Part shown: positions 6,311-15,736 of the stretch, one piece after another
Position numbering within the stretch: position 1 is the stretch's first letter
Layout of the letters: every line of letters starts with the position of its first letter
DNA from: an uncultured bacterium
Lineage (GTDB): Bacteria > Krumholzibacteriota > Krumholzibacteriia > Krumholzibacteriales > Krumholzibacteriaceae
Direction: 5' to 3'
Length of the DNA: 35,218 nucleotides
NCBI GenBank assembly: GCA_965371515.1
Contig: CBDUYR010000028.1
Location: 1-35,218, forward strand
Position numbers and translations under genes: made by a program
Notes under the pieces: model-generated
Told to the model about the DNA's origin: nothing
The model's input: only the letters and a program-made list of their open reading frames with translations
Database searches by the model: none

Positions 6311-7882
6311 TCAGCGTCTGGCAACCCCGGCGGCCTTCCTGAGGCGTTCTACCGTCTTTACCTTGCCGAGAAGGACTATCACCTGGAAGATATCGGGAGA
6401 CACGGTGCCGCCGGTAAGGGCGACCCGACTTGGATGGATCAGTTCGCCTGCCTCTATCTTCATCCCGTCGGCGAGGGTCCTGAGCGTCTCCTCCACCCTC
6501 TCCCTGTCGAAATAGTTCAGATCCTCGAGCGAATCGGCAAGTCTATTGAGGCGCTCCGGCACTTCCTTGCGCATCAGGTGGGTCTCAACGGCGTTATCGT
6601 CCACATCGTAGTCATCCTTGTAGAAATATCCGATATGACCGGGCGCGTCTTTGAGGAGTTTCAGCCTGTTTCCGAGAGCCGAGACAATCAGGTAAAGGCG
6701 CCCCAGCTCGTCGCTTTCCGCCCTTTCGCCACCCTCTGCACCATTTCCGATCAGCGGTTCGGTACCGGGAACGAGCTTCAGATCGACCGGTTTTTCGAGA
6801 TCGACGTGGAAATCGCCTGGGATATACTCATTATCCCTCAGAACGTGATATACATGCATGACCTTCTGCGCCGGAGACAGCTTCTTGAAATGCTCGGCGT
6901 TGATATATTCCATCTTGTCGTTGTCGAACATCGCCGGATTTTTCGACACCTTCTTCAGTGAGAACTTGTCTATCAGCGCCTTTTTCGAGAAGAGTTCCTG
7001 ACGGTCGTCGAACGACCATCCGAGCAGGGCAAGGTAGTTGACCATTGCGTCGGGCAGGTACTGCTGATCGCTGTACCAGTCGATGGATACCGCTCCGTGT
7101 CGCTTGCTCAGCCTCGCCCTGTCGCTGCCCAGTATCATCGGCAGGTGCGCGAACTTCGGCACGCGGTAACCGAGCGCCAGGTAGATGTGGACCTGCCTCG
7201 GCGTGTTGGAGAGGTGATCGTCCCCCCTGATTACATGGCTGATCTTCATCCTCGCGTCGTCGACGACGACGGCAAAATTGTACGTGGGAAGGCCGTCCGA
7301 TTTTATCAGCACGAAGTCGTCGAGCTCGGAATTAGCAACCTTGAAATCGCCTCTGACGATGTCCCTGAACCGCGCCTCGCCCTCCTCGGGCATCCTGAAA
7401 CGGAGAACGTGCGGCTCGCCGGCCTTGATCCTGTCATCCGCCTCTTCGACTGACAGGGACCGGCAGAGGCTGTCGTACCTTATCGGAAGTTTATTTTCTT
7501 TTTGTTCGACCTTGAGTTCTTCGAGTCTTCCGGGGGGACAGAAACAGTAATAGGCCTTTCCCTCCTCTATCAGCCTGGCCGCGTCGGTATGATAGAGCAC
7601 ACCCCTTGCCGACTGTACGTACGGACCGTAGTCGCCGCCGACATCGGGCCCCTCGTCCCAGTCAAGCCCGAGCCAGCGCATCCCCCTGATGATCCCCTCG
7701 TACGATTCACGCGTCGAACGCTTGGCGTCGGTATCCTCGATCCGCAGGACGAAGACGCCGCCCGTCTTTCTCGCGTAGAGCCAGTTGAACAGGGCCGTCC
7801 TCGCCCCTCCGACATGCAGGTGGCCCGTCGGGCTCGGCGCAAACCGTACTCTGATCGTATTTCCGCCGCTGTCATCGATCAT
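6311..7882 (-). CDS. gltX: glutamate--tRNA ligase
   Basis: RVRFAPSPTGHLHVGG (HIGH motif), LRIEDTD, HVIRGDDH, RLSKRHG (KMSKS motif) and a C-terminal anticodon-binding domain. Confidence 0.97.
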   Translation of the reverse strand: MIDDSGGNTIRVRFAPSPTGHLHVGGARTALFNWLYARKTGGVFVLRIEDTDAKRSTRESYEGIIRGMRWLGLDWDEGPDVGGDYGPYVQSARGVLYHTDAARLIEEGKAYYCFCPPGRLEELKVEQKENKLPIRYDSLCRSLSVEEADDRIKAGEPHVLRFRMPEEGEARFRDIVRGDFKVANSELDDFVLIKSDGLPTYNFAVVVDDARMKISHVIRGDDHLSNTPRQVHIYLALGYRVPKFAHLPMILGSDRARLSKRHGAVSIDWYSDQQYLPDAMVNYLALLGWSFDDRQELFSKKALIDKFSLKKVSKNPAMFDNDKMEYINAEHFKKLSPAQKVMHVYHVLRDNEYIPGDFHVDLEKPVDLKLVPGTEPLIGNGAEGGERAESDELGRLYLIVSALGNRLKLLKDAPGHIGYFYKDDYDVDDNAVETHLMRKEVPERLNRLADSLEDLNYFDRERVEETLRTLADGMKIEAGELIHPSRVALTGGTVSPDIFQVIVLLGKVKTVERLRKAAGVARR

Positions 7883-7889
7883 CGTGCTG

Positions 7890-8828
7890 TCAGCTTCCTT
7901 CCTTCTTTCCCCTCTCGGGCAGCGGGCCCGCGCCGTCCATGATGTCAGCCGGCCTTACCGCGGCGACCATTTCCATGTAGCTCATCCCGAATTCTTCCCG
8001 CGACGACTCGTCGAGAGACGCCCCCTCTCCCAGGCGCCTGGCGAACTGCGTCACGTTTGAGAATTCGACCTTCTCGAGGAGATTTTCGAGCATCCTGTAC
8101 GCAAAGAAATACGACGAGCGCGACAGGGCCATGTCGTCGCCCGCAAGGATCGCCCTCTCCAGCTCGTCGAGAGACGGAGAAAAGCCTATCAGTTGTTCGT
8201 CGAACTGATGGATCTGCATCCGCAGAACGGCACGCTCGTCAGCCACGTACGAGGCGACAGCCTCTTTCATCCATATCGGAATCCTGCCCCCCGAGAGCCC
8301 TTCGAGAGCCATCTGCGCCATTCTCTGCGTAAGCCCTATCTCAGCGAGTGTCTTCTCCGTTATCGGATCCCAGCGCTTCAGCAGGATATCGATAGGCTCG
8401 CTGTATATCGTATCCCCCCTGATCCAGGCGTAGTACCACCATTCCTTGCGCGTCATGACAGCATACTCGTCCAGATCCTTCGCCCCGATGATGATGACCT
8501 TGCCCTCAGCCGGCCGGCCTATTTCCTTTCTGACCTTTCTGTACCCTTTGAGGATCTCACGGAAAGATTTGACGGCGACGAAGCGGGCGATCTGACTCGG
8601 CGGATAGTAAAGCGCGATATCGGTGTTTGCCATCAGGCCGCCATCCACAGGATGATAATCGTCGATCGTGAGGTTGTACGTCTCGATCGGCGAGAGAAGC
8701 GAGTCGGGAACCCTGAGCCCCTCATCGTCCACGGCGGAATCTTCCTTCTTGCCGCCACCGCACCCCGCGGACAGGGCCAGGGCCGCTGCAAGAAGAACGA
8801 TTGCTGCTGATCTCCATTCAGGTCTCAT
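7890..8828 (-). CDS. predicted lipoprotein, degenerate peptidase-MA/gluzincin-like
   Basis: Signal peptide with lipobox-like LSAG-C; PIWMKEAVASY resembles the PxWxxEGxAxY motif, but there is no HExxH. Confidence 0.6.
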   Translation of the reverse strand: MRPEWRSAAIVLLAAALALSAGCGGGKKEDSAVDDEGLRVPDSLLSPIETYNLTIDDYHPVDGGLMANTDIALYYPPSQIARFVAVKSFREILKGYRKVRKEIGRPAEGKVIIIGAKDLDEYAVMTRKEWWYYAWIRGDTIYSEPIDILLKRWDPITEKTLAEIGLTQRMAQMALEGLSGGRIPIWMKEAVASYVADERAVLRMQIHQFDEQLIGFSPSLDELERAILAGDDMALSRSSYFFAYRMLENLLEKVEFSNVTQFARRLGEGASLDESSREEFGMSYMEMVAAVRPADIMDGAGPLPERGKKEGS

Positions 8829-9834
8829 CTCGGGCCTCCGTATTCCGGGCGTTACCGCCTCTCTTGAAAAGCTTTCTGACTTCTCTGCCTGCTTTCTCTA
8901 TCGTCAGTTCTTTTTCCTTTTCACTGAGCTTCGCGAGTTCTTTCTTTCCGCCGGCCGCTTCCTCGAGCCATACGCGGGCGAACTCTCCGCTCTCTATCCT
9001 GTCGAATATTCTTCTCATCTCGGCGGCGGTCTCTTCCGTGACCAGCCTCTCGCCGTATTTCAATCCACCGAATGCCGCCGTTCCACTGATGACCTCCCTC
9101 ATCCCGGACAGGCCATTCAGCGAGAACAGGTCGACGATGATCTTCAGCTCGTGCATGCATTCGAAGTATGCCACTTCGGGGCTGAATCCCCTCTCGACTA
9201 GAAGCTCGAAGGCCTCCTTGATCAGCGCCGGCACCCCGCCTACGAGTATCGCCTGCTCCCCGAAAAGATCGCTGAGCGCTTCTTCCCGGAAGGTCGTATC
9301 GAAAGCGCCGACCCTCAGGCAGCCGAGGCCCTTCGCGATGCCGAGAGCGATTTCGCGGGCCAGTCCGGTCGCATCATGTTCGACGGCGAGGAGACAGGGG
9401 ATCCCGGACCCTTCGAGGTACGCCGCGCGCAGCCTTCCTCCCTGTCCCTTCGGAGCTACCAAGACAAGATCGTGTTCCCCGGTCTCGATCTGTCCGAACG
9501 TGACAGCGAATCCGTGGGCGAAGCAGACCGCCGAGCCCTTCGGCAGGTTATCCTTGATATAGCTCCTCCATGCATGCCCCTGCACCTCGTCGGGGAGAAG
9601 ACACATAAGGATATCCGCCGCGGCCGCTCCCCTCTGCGGTTCCATGACTTCGAAGCCGTCACTTTCGGCCTTTTCCCGCGCCTTGCCGCCGGGCCTCGCC
9701 GCTACGGCGACGTCGAAGCCGCTGTCACGGAGGTTGAGCGCCTGCGGCCGGCCCTGGTTGCCGTAGCCAAGGACTACGATCCGTCTGCCGTCGAGGTTCC
9801 CTTCGGGAGCATCATTTTCGGTCAGTACTTCCAC
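8818..9834 (-). CDS. ilvC: ketol-acid reductoisomerase (short class I)
   Basis: Motifs GYGNQG..QALNLRDSG, FAHGF, VAPKG, SDLFGEQ and AYFECMHELK. GTG start at 9834 with GGAAGGA SD. Confidence 0.93.
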   Translation of the reverse strand: MEVLTENDAPEGNLDGRRIVVLGYGNQGRPQALNLRDSGFDVAVAARPGGKAREKAESDGFEVMEPQRGAAAADILMCLLPDEVQGHAWRSYIKDNLPKGSAVCFAHGFAVTFGQIETGEHDLVLVAPKGQGGRLRAAYLEGSGIPCLLAVEHDATGLAREIALGIAKGLGCLRVGAFDTTFREEALSDLFGEQAILVGGVPALIKEAFELLVERGFSPEVAYFECMHELKIIVDLFSLNGLSGMREVISGTAAFGGLKYGERLVTEETAAEMRRIFDRIESGEFARVWLEEAAGGKKELAKLSEKEKELTIEKAGREVRKLFKRGGNARNTEARDET

Positions 9835-9979
9835 GTTCGATTTTCCTTCCAGTTGCACGAAGTATCTATAGCAAACGGGCACCTGTCGGGCAAGTAATAT
9901 AAGGGTTGGATGCTGAGCCGCGCAATCCCGGAACTGTCGGTATTTCAGTGCCTTTCGCCTCCATACGTTCCATTTTCGC

Positions 9980-10007
9980 TTGACATGGCGGCGCATTTTT
10001 ATACTAT
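9980..10007 (+). promoter_or_regulatory. sigma70 promoter of the tRNA-tilS transcript
   Basis: TTGACA, 16 nt, TACTAT, ending 12 nt before the tRNA. Confidence 0.65.
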
Positions 10008-10019
10008 TCACTGGTGCGT

Positions 10020-10096
10020 GGCGGTGTAGCTCAGTTGGTTAGAGCAGCGGAATCATAATCCGCGTGTCCGGGGTTCAAGTCCCTGCACCGCCACCA
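10020..10096 (+). tRNA. tRNA with CAT anticodon (most likely elongator tRNA-Met)
   Basis: GGCGGTGTAGCTCAGTTGGTTAGAGCA-GCGGA-ATCATAA-TCCGC...GGTTCAAGTCC...CACCGCCACCA. G1:C72 is paired, so it is not the initiator. Confidence 0.93.
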
Positions 10097-10135
10097 GTTT
10101 TTTCCGGCTTCTATCATCATATCAGCGGAAATCCA

Positions 10136-11530
10136 ATGAGCTGTACGGAAAAGGTCAGAGACTGGATCATCGAAAACGGGCTCATCAGCCGCGGCGACCC
10201 GGTCACGGCGGCGGTATCGGGCGGCCCCGACTCGATGGCAATGCTCTCGATACTCAACGATCTCTCCGCCGGGCTGGGCTTCGCCCTGTCGGCGGCATAC
10301 CTCGATCACCGTATCCGGAAAGGAACGCAGCGAGAACGGCGGATCGTCGAGAGGTGGTGCATGCGCCTGGGGATCCCGCTCGTATCCGGTGAGACGGACG
10401 TCCCTGCCCTGGCGAAGCGCAAAAGGATAGGGCTGGAAGAAGCTGCCAGGGAGGCCAGATATGGATTCCTCGAGAGGTTCGCCCACCCGGTTTCCGGCGG
10501 ACACGGATCTCTCGTCGCACTGGGGCACAACAGCGACGACCAGGTCGAGACCGTACTTCATCATATCATCAGGGGAACGGGGATCCGCGGGATCGCCGGG
10601 ATGCCGGTGCGCCGCGGAGCGTTCATCAGGCCGGTGATGTGCTGCACTGGCGACGAACTGAAGAGGCACTGCAGGGAGAAGGGTATCGGTTACGCGATCG
10701 ACCGTTCCAACAGTGATATCAGGTTTCTCCGGAACAGGATCAGGCACAGGCTCCTGCCCGCACTGAGAAGGGACTTCAATCCTGCCGTCGACGACGCCGT
10801 CATCAGGCTCGCGGGGAACGCCCGCGACGGGCTTGCCGCCCTGGCCGAGGGTATCGGTAACCTGGTCCCGTTCAAGGATGCGGACGGAAGCGTCACACTC
10901 GATGCTGCCCGAGTCCGGGATCTCTCCGACTATCGGCTCTACCTGATCGTCGATTCGATTCTCAGAGACAGGTTCGGAGTCTACCGGGATATCAGCAGGG
11001 CCCATTTCAACGCGGTCGCAAAGCTTATCCGCGCGGGGCGCTCCGGAAAGAGGACGACTCTCCCCCACGGAATCAGGGTCATCCTGGAGCACGGCTCGGT
11101 CCGGTTTGAGCCGTCTTCGGACTCGACCGGCCCGGTATCTCCTCCGAACGATATCGTTCTTCCCGGCGACGGCGATTTCGACCTGCCGGGCTGGGACATG
11201 TCGGTCTCGGTGAAGACGCTGCGTCGGCCGGACAAACCGTCCGCCAGCGCGTCCGGGATGAAAGCGTCGCTGGCCGGCGTATCGTTTCCCCTCCACGTCA
11301 GGCCGAGGCGTGACGGCGACCGGCTTGTCCCTTTCGGCATGAAGGGGACAAAGAAGCTCAGCGACATCATGATCGATGCGAAGATCCCCCTCCGCGAGCG
11401 CGGCGCCATCCCCGTCTTCGAGGACAGAAAGGGCATCATCTGGGTCCCGGGCCTCGTAACCGCCGAGAGAACGAGAATCACCGGCGCTAGCCGAAGGGTG
11501 ACCGTCTTTCTTCTGTCCGAAAACGATTGA
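10136..11530 (+). CDS. tilS: tRNA(Ile)-lysidine synthetase
   Basis: Motifs AVSGGPDS, EEAAREARY, GHNSDDQVET and RNRIRH, plus C-terminal RPRRDGDR...KKLSD. ATG at 10136, after the tRNA. Confidence 0.96.
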   Translation: MSCTEKVRDWIIENGLISRGDPVTAAVSGGPDSMAMLSILNDLSAGLGFALSAAYLDHRIRKGTQRERRIVERWCMRLGIPLVSGETDVPALAKRKRIGLEEAAREARYGFLERFAHPVSGGHGSLVALGHNSDDQVETVLHHIIRGTGIRGIAGMPVRRGAFIRPVMCCTGDELKRHCREKGIGYAIDRSNSDIRFLRNRIRHRLLPALRRDFNPAVDDAVIRLAGNARDGLAALAEGIGNLVPFKDADGSVTLDAARVRDLSDYRLYLIVDSILRDRFGVYRDISRAHFNAVAKLIRAGRSGKRTTLPHGIRVILEHGSVRFEPSSDSTGPVSPPNDIVLPGDGDFDLPGWDMSVSVKTLRRPDKPSASASGMKASLAGVSFPLHVRPRRDGDRLVPFGMKGTKKLSDIMIDAKIPLRERGAIPVFEDRKGIIWVPGLVTAERTRITGASRRVTVFLLSEND

Positions 11531-11646
11531 CCGCGGCACAATACGGGAAAAAGCGATTCCCTGCACACATTTCCGGAAAATTGCATGTCATATTCCGCAG
11601 GTTGTGCTAGTATTGCCTGGATGCCCTTTGCGGAAGACGGGACGCG

Positions 11647-12195
11647 ATGGAACAGCAGGGATTTATAACGCTCATCGAGGCCGATGACATCCAGCGCCGC
11701 GTGCGTGAGATGGCCGAACGCATTTCCATCGATTACGCGGAGTCGAACCCGCTCATCATCGTCCTCCTGAAGGGCGCCTTCATCTTCACAGCCGACCTGA
11801 TCAGAAACCTCACCATACCGCACGAGATTGATTTCATCACCCTGTTCAGCTACGGAAACGGGACGAAGCGCAGCACCGACGTCGGAGTAATCAATCATAT
11901 CCGCAGCCACATAGAGGACCGCGACATCATCATCGTCGACGAGATCGTCGATACGGGTCACACTCTCTCTCGACTGATCAAGACTCTGGCTGACCACAAC
12001 GCCCGCAGTTTCAGGATATGCACCCTGCTCGACAAGCCCGACGCCCGCGAGGTCGAGATCGATGTGGATTACGTTGGATTCACGATACCTGACGTGTTCG
12101 TAGTCGGTTACGGGCTCGATTACAGGGAGAGATACCGGAACCTCCCCTATATTGCCGAACTGACACCCGAGATTAAAAAAACCATTAACTTGTAA
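11647..12195 (+). CDS. hpt: hypoxanthine phosphoribosyltransferase
   Basis: LLKGAFIF, PRPP-binding IIVDEIVDTGHTL, LLDKP and FVVGYGLDY..YRNLP; tilS-hpt-ftsH synteny. Confidence 0.95.
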   Translation: MEQQGFITLIEADDIQRRVREMAERISIDYAESNPLIIVLLKGAFIFTADLIRNLTIPHEIDFITLFSYGNGTKRSTDVGVINHIRSHIEDRDIIIVDEIVDTGHTLSRLIKTLADHNARSFRICTLLDKPDAREVEIDVDYVGFTIPDVFVVGYGLDYRERYRNLPYIAELTPEIKKTINL

Positions 12196-12344
12196 CGGGT
12201 TATTCGGTTGGACAAACAACCCGTTATCGCTTATCTTGGTTTCAGAAGTCGGAGTACGGCAGATTTCCCTGCCGTATCAGGGGGCAGGTTGTGCGCTGCC
12301 CCTCCAGACCGTTACAACCTATTAATCTACGGAGTAACACACAA

Positions 12345-14480
12345 ATGAACGGTGACAATAAAGACCGTGACAGGAATCCAAAAAAGAAATGGCTCCCGCC
12401 CGGCGGGACTCCCGGACAGCAGAAGCCGTCGAGATCGATGGCGCTCTGGGTGATGGTCATCATACTCTTCTTCCTCGCTTTCCTCCTGTTCAACTCGGGC
12501 AAGGAGAGGGAATGGCCCATCGACTACAGCCAGTTTATCGCCGAGATAGACAACGGTAATATCGCGAGCGTGAAGATCAAAGGGATCGAGGTGCGCGGAA
12601 TACTCGTGAACCCGATAATGATACCTACCGGCGGGGAAGGTACAACGATATCGAGCTTCAAAACGATACTCCCCGCCGAGGACAGCCAGCTCGCCGAGCG
12701 TATCTGGAAAAACAATCCCGACGCGAAGATAGAGGCGGAATACCCTGGTAGCAGCGTCTGGGTGAAGGCGCTCGCGACCGCCCTCCCCCTCATCGCCCTG
12801 CTCGTACTGTGGGTCCTGCTGATGCGCAACATGCAGGCGGGAGGCAACAAGGCCTTCTCGTTCGGCAAGAGCAAGGCGAAGATGATGAGCGACGACATGC
12901 CGCGTGTCACGTTCGACGACATCGCCGGAGTCGATGAAGCCAAGGAAGAGCTCCAGGAGATCATCGAGTTCCTCAAGTCCCCGAAGAAGTTCCAGAAACT
13001 CGGCGGCCGAATACCAAAGGGCGTCATCCTGCTCGGTCCTCCCGGGACGGGCAAGACTCTGCTCGCCAGGGCCGTAGCGGGCGAAGCGAGCGTGCCGTTC
13101 TTCAGCATGAGCGGATCCGATTTCGTCGAGATGTTCGTCGGTGTCGGCGCGAGCCGTGTCCGCGACCTCTTCGACAAGGGAAAGAAGCACGCACCGTGCA
13201 TCCTCTTCATCGATGAGCTCGACGCCGTAGGCCGCCACAGGGGCGCAGGACTGGGCGGCGGGCATGACGAGCGCGAACAGACGCTCAACCAGCTCCTCGT
13301 CGAGATGGACGGATTCGAGACGAACGAGGGAGTCATCCTTCTCGCAGCGACAAACAGACCAGACGTCCTCGATCCGGCGCTGCTCAGGCCCGGGCGTTTC
13401 GACAGGCGCGTCATCGTCGACATGCCCGATATGAGGGGAAGGCTCGGCATCCTCAAGGTCCACACAAGAAACATACCATTGGCCGAAGACGTCGACCTCG
13501 AGATACTCGCCAGGGGAACACCCGGCATGTCGGGCGCCGACCTGGCCAACATGGTTAACGAGGCGGCGCTGCTCGCAGCGAGGCGCGACAATGATAAGGT
13601 CTACATGACCGAAATGGAAGAGTCCAAGGACAAGGTCTTCCTCGGTCCCGAGAGGCGCAGCCGCGTATTCAAGGAAGACACGAGGCGCATGACGGCATAC
13701 CACGAGGCGGGACACGCAGTGGTTGGATCGTTCGTCGAGAATGCCGATCCCCTGCACAAGGTGACGATCATCACCAGGGGCCAGGCCGGTGGTCTGACCT
13801 CATTCCTCACCGACGACGACAACTACTACTACCAGTCGAAGGAATACCTCCTCGACATGATAACCATGGCGCTCGGCGGCCGCGTCGCCGAAGAACTGTT
13901 CATCGGCAGGATAGGCAGCGGCGCCTACGGAGACATCAGGAATTCGACGAGCATCGCGCGCAAGATGGTCATGCAGTGGGGCATGAGCGAAAAGCTCGGC
14001 CCGATCGCCTTCGGCAACAAGGAGGAACAGATCTTCCTCGGACGTGAGATCGCCACGCGCAAGGACTATAGCGAGAAAACCGCCCAGGATATCGACGCCG
14101 AGGTAAAAAGGATCATTTCGGAATGCCACGACAAGGCCCGCAGGATCCTCTCCGAGCATGAGCAGCAGCTCCATGCCGTAGCCAAGGCCCTTCTCGAGCG
14201 CGAAACGCTCGACGCGGAAGATGTAAAAATACTTCTCAGCGGCGGCAACCTTCCTCCGGTGATGAAGAAACCGGAACGCAAGAAGACCGTGGACAAGACC
14301 GAGCCTGCCTCGCCGGGGGAACCGGACCTCCATGCGGAGACGGATATCAGCGATGAGGCACCCTCTTCCGGGGAACCTTCCGCCGTCGATGAAAAGGACG
14401 ACACGGTGAAAAACGAATCGGGCCCGGCAGATCTCTTTTCGGATACGAACAAGAACAGCGACCCCGACCCGAACACGTGA
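12345..14480 (+). CDS. ftsH: ATP-dependent zinc metalloprotease FtsH
   Basis: Two TM helices, Walker A GPPGTGKT, Walker [19 protein letters not shown] and HEAGH. ATG at 12345 with GGAG SD. Confidence 0.98.
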   Translation: MNGDNKDRDRNPKKKWLPPGGTPGQQKPSRSMALWVMVIILFFLAFLLFNSGKEREWPIDYSQFIAEIDNGNIASVKIKGIEVRGILVNPIMIPTGGEGTTISSFKTILPAEDSQLAERIWKNNPDAKIEAEYPGSSVWVKALATALPLIALLVLWVLLMRNMQAGGNKAFSFGKSKAKMMSDDMPRVTFDDIAGVDEAKEELQEIIEFLKSPKKFQKLGGRIPKGVILLGPPGTGKTLLARAVAGEASVPFFSMSGSDFVEMFVGVGASRVRDLFDKGKKHAPCILFIDELDAVGRHRGAGLGGGHDEREQTLNQLLVEMDGFETNEGVILLAATNRPDVLDPALLRPGRFDRRVIVDMPDMRGRLGILKVHTRNIPLAEDVDLEILARGTPGMSGADLANMVNEAALLAARRDNDKVYMTEMEESKDKVFLGPERRSRVFKEDTRRMTAYHEAGHAVVGSFVENADPLHKVTIITRGQAGGLTSFLTDDDNYYYQSKEYLLDMITMALGGRVAEELFIGRIGSGAYGDIRNSTSIARKMVMQWGMSEKLGPIAFGNKEEQIFLGREIATRKDYSEKTAQDIDAEVKRIISECHDKARRILSEHEQQLHAVAKALLERETLDAEDVKILLSGGNLPPVMKKPERKKTVDKTEPASPGEPDLHAETDISDEAPSSGEPSAVDEKDDTVKNESGPADLFSDTNKNSDPDPNT

Positions 14481-15736
14481 CAGATCGCTCCGGAAGGAGG
14501 GGCGCACGGCAGCGGCAGATGCGTTACAAGCTCCACCTTATCTCTTCCACACGCAGGTCAACGCTCGCCGGGCACCTCCGCAGGGCGGGCGTGGATCCGG
14601 CCGGCATCGAAATCATGACACGGAAGGCTGAGACCGTGATCATACGGATCTGCAACCTCTCCGCGGCGGCAGCCAATATCCTGAAACAGCAGATGCTCTC
14701 CATCGGCGGCGACGCAGCCGTCCACAGGGAAGTGATACACGGCGCCCCCGACAATTCATGCGCCTACCTGATCTCGGACGCGAAGAGGCTCGAGATCCTC
14801 GCCGGTAATCTGGCAAGCCAGCCGTTCGGCCTTGGCGAGGCGGGCGCGGAAATCTTTCGGCTGCTGGGGATGAGATCCTCTCCGCCAGCCACTGTAAACC
14901 TTCCCGGAGGCTCTCTCGACCTGACCGGCGGCCCCCTCATCATGGGAATACTCAACGTGACACCCGACAGCTTCAGCGACGGTGGACATTTCAGCGATCC
15001 GTCGGCGGCGGCCGAAAGGGCCGCGCAGATGGTCGAAGAGGGCGCCTCGATAGTCGACATCGGCGGAGAATCGAGCAGGCCCGGAGCCGCCGAGCTCGAC
15101 CCGGCCGAGGAACTCGACCGTGTCGCACCGGTGCTCGAGAAAACGGCCGGCCTGAACGGCGCCGTCATATCCATCGATACCAGGCATGCCACTGTCGCGA
15201 GGGAGGCGGTCCGCCTTGGAGCATCGATCATCAACGATATCAGTGGTTTTACTCACGATCCCGGGATGACTGAAGTCGCCGTCGAGTCCGGTACGGCAGT
15301 CGTAGTAATGCACATGAAAGGCACTCCCGAAACGATGCAGGACGACCCGAGCTACGACAACGCTGTAGACGAAATATCCGCCTGGCTCGAGTCAGCAGCG
15401 GACAGGCTCGCCGAAGGCGGCATCGCACGCGACAAAATAATCATTGACCCGGGAATCGGATTCGGAAAAAGATTGGAAGACAATGTGGAGATCATCGATC
15501 GTATAGGCGATTTCCATACGCTCGGATATCCCGTTCTCGTCGGACATTCCCGCAAGTCGTTCATCGGAACAATCACCGGGCGGGACAGACCCGAGGAAAG
15601 AACGGACGGCGGACTGGCTGTGACGAGCAGGTGCCTCGATGCCGGAGTCCAGATCCTGCGCGTTCACGAAGTACACGAGACGGCCGACTACATCAGGGTC
15701 TGGAAGGCCATCAACGGGAAAGGCGGCTCCTCTTGA
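14477..15736 (+). CDS. folP: dihydropteroate synthase with N-terminal extension
   Basis: Motifs MGILNVTPDSFSDGG, DIGGESSRPG, IDPGIGFGK, SRKSFI and LRVHEV. Start is GTG 14477 or ATG 14519. Confidence 0.95.
   Translation: MTDRSGRRGARQRQMRYKLHLISSTRRSTLAGHLRRAGVDPAGIEIMTRKAETVIIRICNLSAAAANILKQQMLSIGGDAAVHREVIHGAPDNSCAYLISDAKRLEILAGNLASQPFGLGEAGAEIFRLLGMRSSPPATVNLPGGSLDLTGGPLIMGILNVTPDSFSDGGHFSDPSAAAERAAQMVEEGASIVDIGGESSRPGAAELDPAEELDRVAPVLEKTAGLNGAVISIDTRHATVAREAVRLGASIINDISGFTHDPGMTEVAVESGTAVVVMHMKGTPETMQDDPSYDNAVDEISAWLESAADRLAEGGIARDKIIIDPGIGFGKRLEDNVEIIDRIGDFHTLGYPVLVGHSRKSFIGTITGRDRPEERTDGGLAVTSRCLDAGVQILRVHEVHETADYIRVWKAINGKGGSS

Noticed and set aside
9835..10011. N-terminal extensions given by the ORF track for ilvC (also DUF362, NhaC, tilS, cdaA and hypE)
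   Set aside because: They run through promoters, a tRNA or upstream genes; downstream starts with SD sequences or stop-start overlaps fit the family N-termini better.
10031..14536. Long antisense ORFs over tilS, hpt and ftsH (511, 412, 476 and 355 aa), and similar ones over guaB and the CheA-like gene
   Set aside because: Typical GC-rich antisense shadows of well-supported genes.
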